A stretch of DNA of 64,000 bases from positions 338,776 through 402,775 of the forward strand of contig NIVC01001237.1 of the NCBI GenBank assembly GCA_002269645.1, given 5' to 3'. Each line of letters opens with the position of its first letter. Position 1 is the first letter of the stretch. Under the pieces are notes generated by a model. It was not told the origin of the DNA and made no database searches. It saw only the letters and a program-made list of their open reading frames with translations. A program made the translations under genes and the position numbers. Shown here piece after piece: positions 61,655 through 64,000 of this stretch. The DNA is from Macrostomum lignano (lineage: Eukaryota).

Positions 61655-62857
61655 ATGAATTGTTCGAAAACTGCACTTGTCATTTTATTGATGGCGATGT
61701 TTATCTGGATTCTGAGTGAAATATATCACAGAAGCCGCAGCAGCAGACTCAGTTCGTCACAAGACAAAGCCGTGGCAGCAAAACCACAGAGTGCAGTACG
61801 CGAATATCGCAGGACAGAATCTGAGTCCAACGCCGTGAACCAACCGGCACTGCAGAAATCCTACCAATCGAGCATCCCGCCGGTCATTCACAGACCGCTG
61901 CCAGAAAAAATGTGTGACGCCTATCGAGAGCTCCGCGGCGTCAACTTCCTGCACAAGTCCATCAGCGAGAGCATCTGCGAAGGTGTCGCCGCCTACACCA
62001 TCGTGGACAGCGCGTTTCCACTGTGCCGACTCAAGCAGCACCTGCCGCAGGTGCTCATTGAAGGCGTCAGAGCTGGAAGCCTTCAGACATACATCAGAAG
62101 CCCCCTCACCCAGAAAAACGTCACCAGCTTCGTCTACTCCAGTACCGACTACATCTCGGCTACAATTCACGGCTCGCACATCTTCGAAGAGCGGAACGTC
62201 CGCACCATGCAGCGAATCATTCGCAAGCTGGCCGCCAAGTCGCCCGTCACCTTCGTGGACGTCGGCTCGAACATCGGCGTGTTCAGCCTGTCGGTCCTCG
62301 ATCTCGGAGTGCCCGTCATCGCGCTGGACGCGAACATCCGCAACCTGATTCGAATCAAGCTGTCAGCCGAGGCGGCCAATTCGCCTCACAAGCTGCAGCT
62401 GCTGTGGAACTTCGTCAGCAGGCAGGTGTCGCTCATGTACCTGAACTTCCCGGAGGACTGCAATATGGGCGGCGCCACCAAGTTCGGCAGGGCCGTCGTC
62501 GACACGATCCCGGTGATGTCGGCCACCGCGGACTCCATCGTGCCGCTCATCGACACGAAGCTGGTCGTGTTGAAGGTCGACATCGAAGGAGGCGAAGGCG
62601 AGTTCTTCAAGAGCGCGCAGAAGCTTTTCGACACCTTCACGATTCCCGTGGTGCACATGGAGTGGCTGAGGAAGCACATGAGCGAGGAGGAGCGCCAGTT
62701 CATGATCAGCTTCTTCGCTGAGAGGCGCTACAGCCCGAGGAGCATGAACAATCTGACGAAGTTGATCAACATCAGCCACACAGGGTATCAGGGAGATGAC
62801 CTTGTTTGGGTGCACAACAACTTCGAGGATGCAGGCGGTATTGTTAACTTAAATTGA
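61655..62857 (+). CDS. FkbM-family methyltransferase with signal anchor, copy B (400 aa; ATG at 61655 preferred over the track's 61634 TTG start)
   Basis: Inverted paralog of copy A with the same motifs and the same GGAACAATG start context. Confidence 0.88.
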   Translation: MNCSKTALVILLMAMFIWILSEIYHRSRSSRLSSSQDKAVAAKPQSAVREYRRTESESNAVNQPALQKSYQSSIPPVIHRPLPEKMCDAYRELRGVNFLHKSISESICEGVAAYTIVDSAFPLCRLKQHLPQVLIEGVRAGSLQTYIRSPLTQKNVTSFVYSSTDYISATIHGSHIFEERNVRTMQRIIRKLAAKSPVTFVDVGSNIGVFSLSVLDLGVPVIALDANIRNLIRIKLSAEAANSPHKLQLLWNFVSRQVSLMYLNFPEDCNMGGATKFGRAVVDTIPVMSATADSIVPLIDTKLVVLKVDIEGGEGEFFKSAQKLFDTFTIPVVHMEWLRKHMSEEERQFMISFFAERRYSPRSMNNLTKLINISHTGYQGDDLVWVHNNFEDAGGIVNLN

Positions 62858-63873
62858 GTAGCTATTTCAAATCTGTTTCACTGAAAGGCGTGTGTTATGA
62901 GCCATATATGCCAGCTTTGTAGACCATCTTTATGCGTGTTTTGTAGTCATAAAATGTCTGATTTTTTATAAGTGCGTAAGTGCGTTGATCGCTGCAGAAT
63001 GTAGTTTTTTGATTTTTACTCATTTTTGACTTGGTCCGTATCTACTAACAGCTAATAAAGATAAGAAAATTAATTTAGCTGGCTAGATTATATTTTTTGA
63101 ATATTGACATTGATATCTTCCTAAACTATTGGCAATACAATCTAAAGTCCAATATCTCAATACTCGTATACGGATTTATTGTGTTTATTCACTCGAAACC
63201 ACAGATATTGGAATAACTACATGCGGATGGGCCATTTAGCACATTTGCGTGTAAACAAACTGAAGTGTATTGTAAATGCACCTAATACTTGTAGCTCATA
63301 CCCGTACTTTGCGGATTAGCGTTTCCCTGTTATTGCCCTATTCATTTATGTCTATGACTGCGACCTTATTGCCTTCCGCCGAGTGTGTCTTCTCTCTAAG
63401 CAAGTCGTCGGCACGAAGCTACTCGTATTGCAGCGCAAACATAAAGCACAGGATTACAAGACATAACACTTACATTACAAGACATATTTTCAGTTCAGTA
63501 GTAAATTTTAATCAAGCATTTTAATGTACTTTTAAAGCAAGGCTCATTTATTGGCTCTTACCACTCAGCTTTAACCCTCTAACGGCGCCTTTCCACACCA
63601 CCCCGCCCCGCCCCAAATTTATTGCCTTTCTCAGAATTACCGCCTAAAATTCCAACCATGTACATTTCAGCTGACTCACTAATGTACGAGTACATTATTG
63701 CTGAACTAATTAGCAAGTTGTTTACGCCTGCAAGCTTGGCTTCCATAGATAAACTTACCAGTCATTTCAGCCATAAAATAGCGTTATGCATTCTTTGCTA
63801 CTTAACTGAAAGTAGAAAGTGTTTGTTTTACTAATTTTATAAATGTATGCCTGACTTGCACAGCGGTGATCAC

Positions 63874-63947
63874 TTTATTTATCGTCAGGGTTGGGTCTCA
63901 AGGCTGTAGTTGCAGGAGCAGAGCCAAGACGAGATTCCAATTTAGCC
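63874..63947 (-). mobile_element. 3' fragment of the 60369-60824 SINE family
   Basis: Reverse complement GGCTAAATTGGAATCTCG..CCTTGAG..CCAACCC..ACGATAAATAAA matches about 60722-60821. Confidence 0.7.
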
Positions 63948-64000
63948 CCGGATTAACAGTAGAACTACCAAGAGGGGGGGCGAAATTCCCCCCCCCTGAC

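Noticed and set aside
63566-63600. TTAACCCT piggyBac-like left end
   Set aside because: No matching right end inside the window.

Overview
Repeat-rich invertebrate (metazoan) genomic DNA; polyQ-rich GC-rich exons plus a different minisatellite in most introns resemble a free-living flatworm such as Macrostomum (inference, not verified). Six protein-coding genes were reconstructed by hand from splice sites and conserved motifs: (1) the 3' half of a syntaxin-7/12-like Qa-SNARE (+, 371-4812); (2) a GnRH/AKH/corazonin-receptor-family GPCR (+, 11594-23685, 7 exons); (3) a complete JIP3/JIP4 (Sunday driver/UNC-16) scaffold gene (-, 48955-25588, 12 exons including a 30-nt microexon, about 1273 aa); (4) a divergent casein-kinase-1-family kinase nested antisense in JIP3 intron 9 (+, 31994-35767); (5,6) a head-to-head inverted pair of signal-anchored FkbM-family methyltransferases with intronless CDS (58373-59569 -, 61655-62857 +). 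Mobile DNA includes a solo LTR with a 4-bp TSD, a non-autonomous hAT-like element with an 8-bp TSD, two tRNA-derived SINE families, a LINE relic, a Polinton/adintovirus-like DNA polymerase B relic and foldback elements. Most long ORFs in the supplied track are translations of tandem repeats. No rRNA, intact tRNA or CRISPR array was found. The most interesting leads are the FkbM pair as candidate Golgi glycan O-methyltransferases, the nested HHD-type CK1 kinase, and non-random minisatellite architecture (arrays of splice-donor-like units, complementary arrays at intron ends, a shared GGGAT core).
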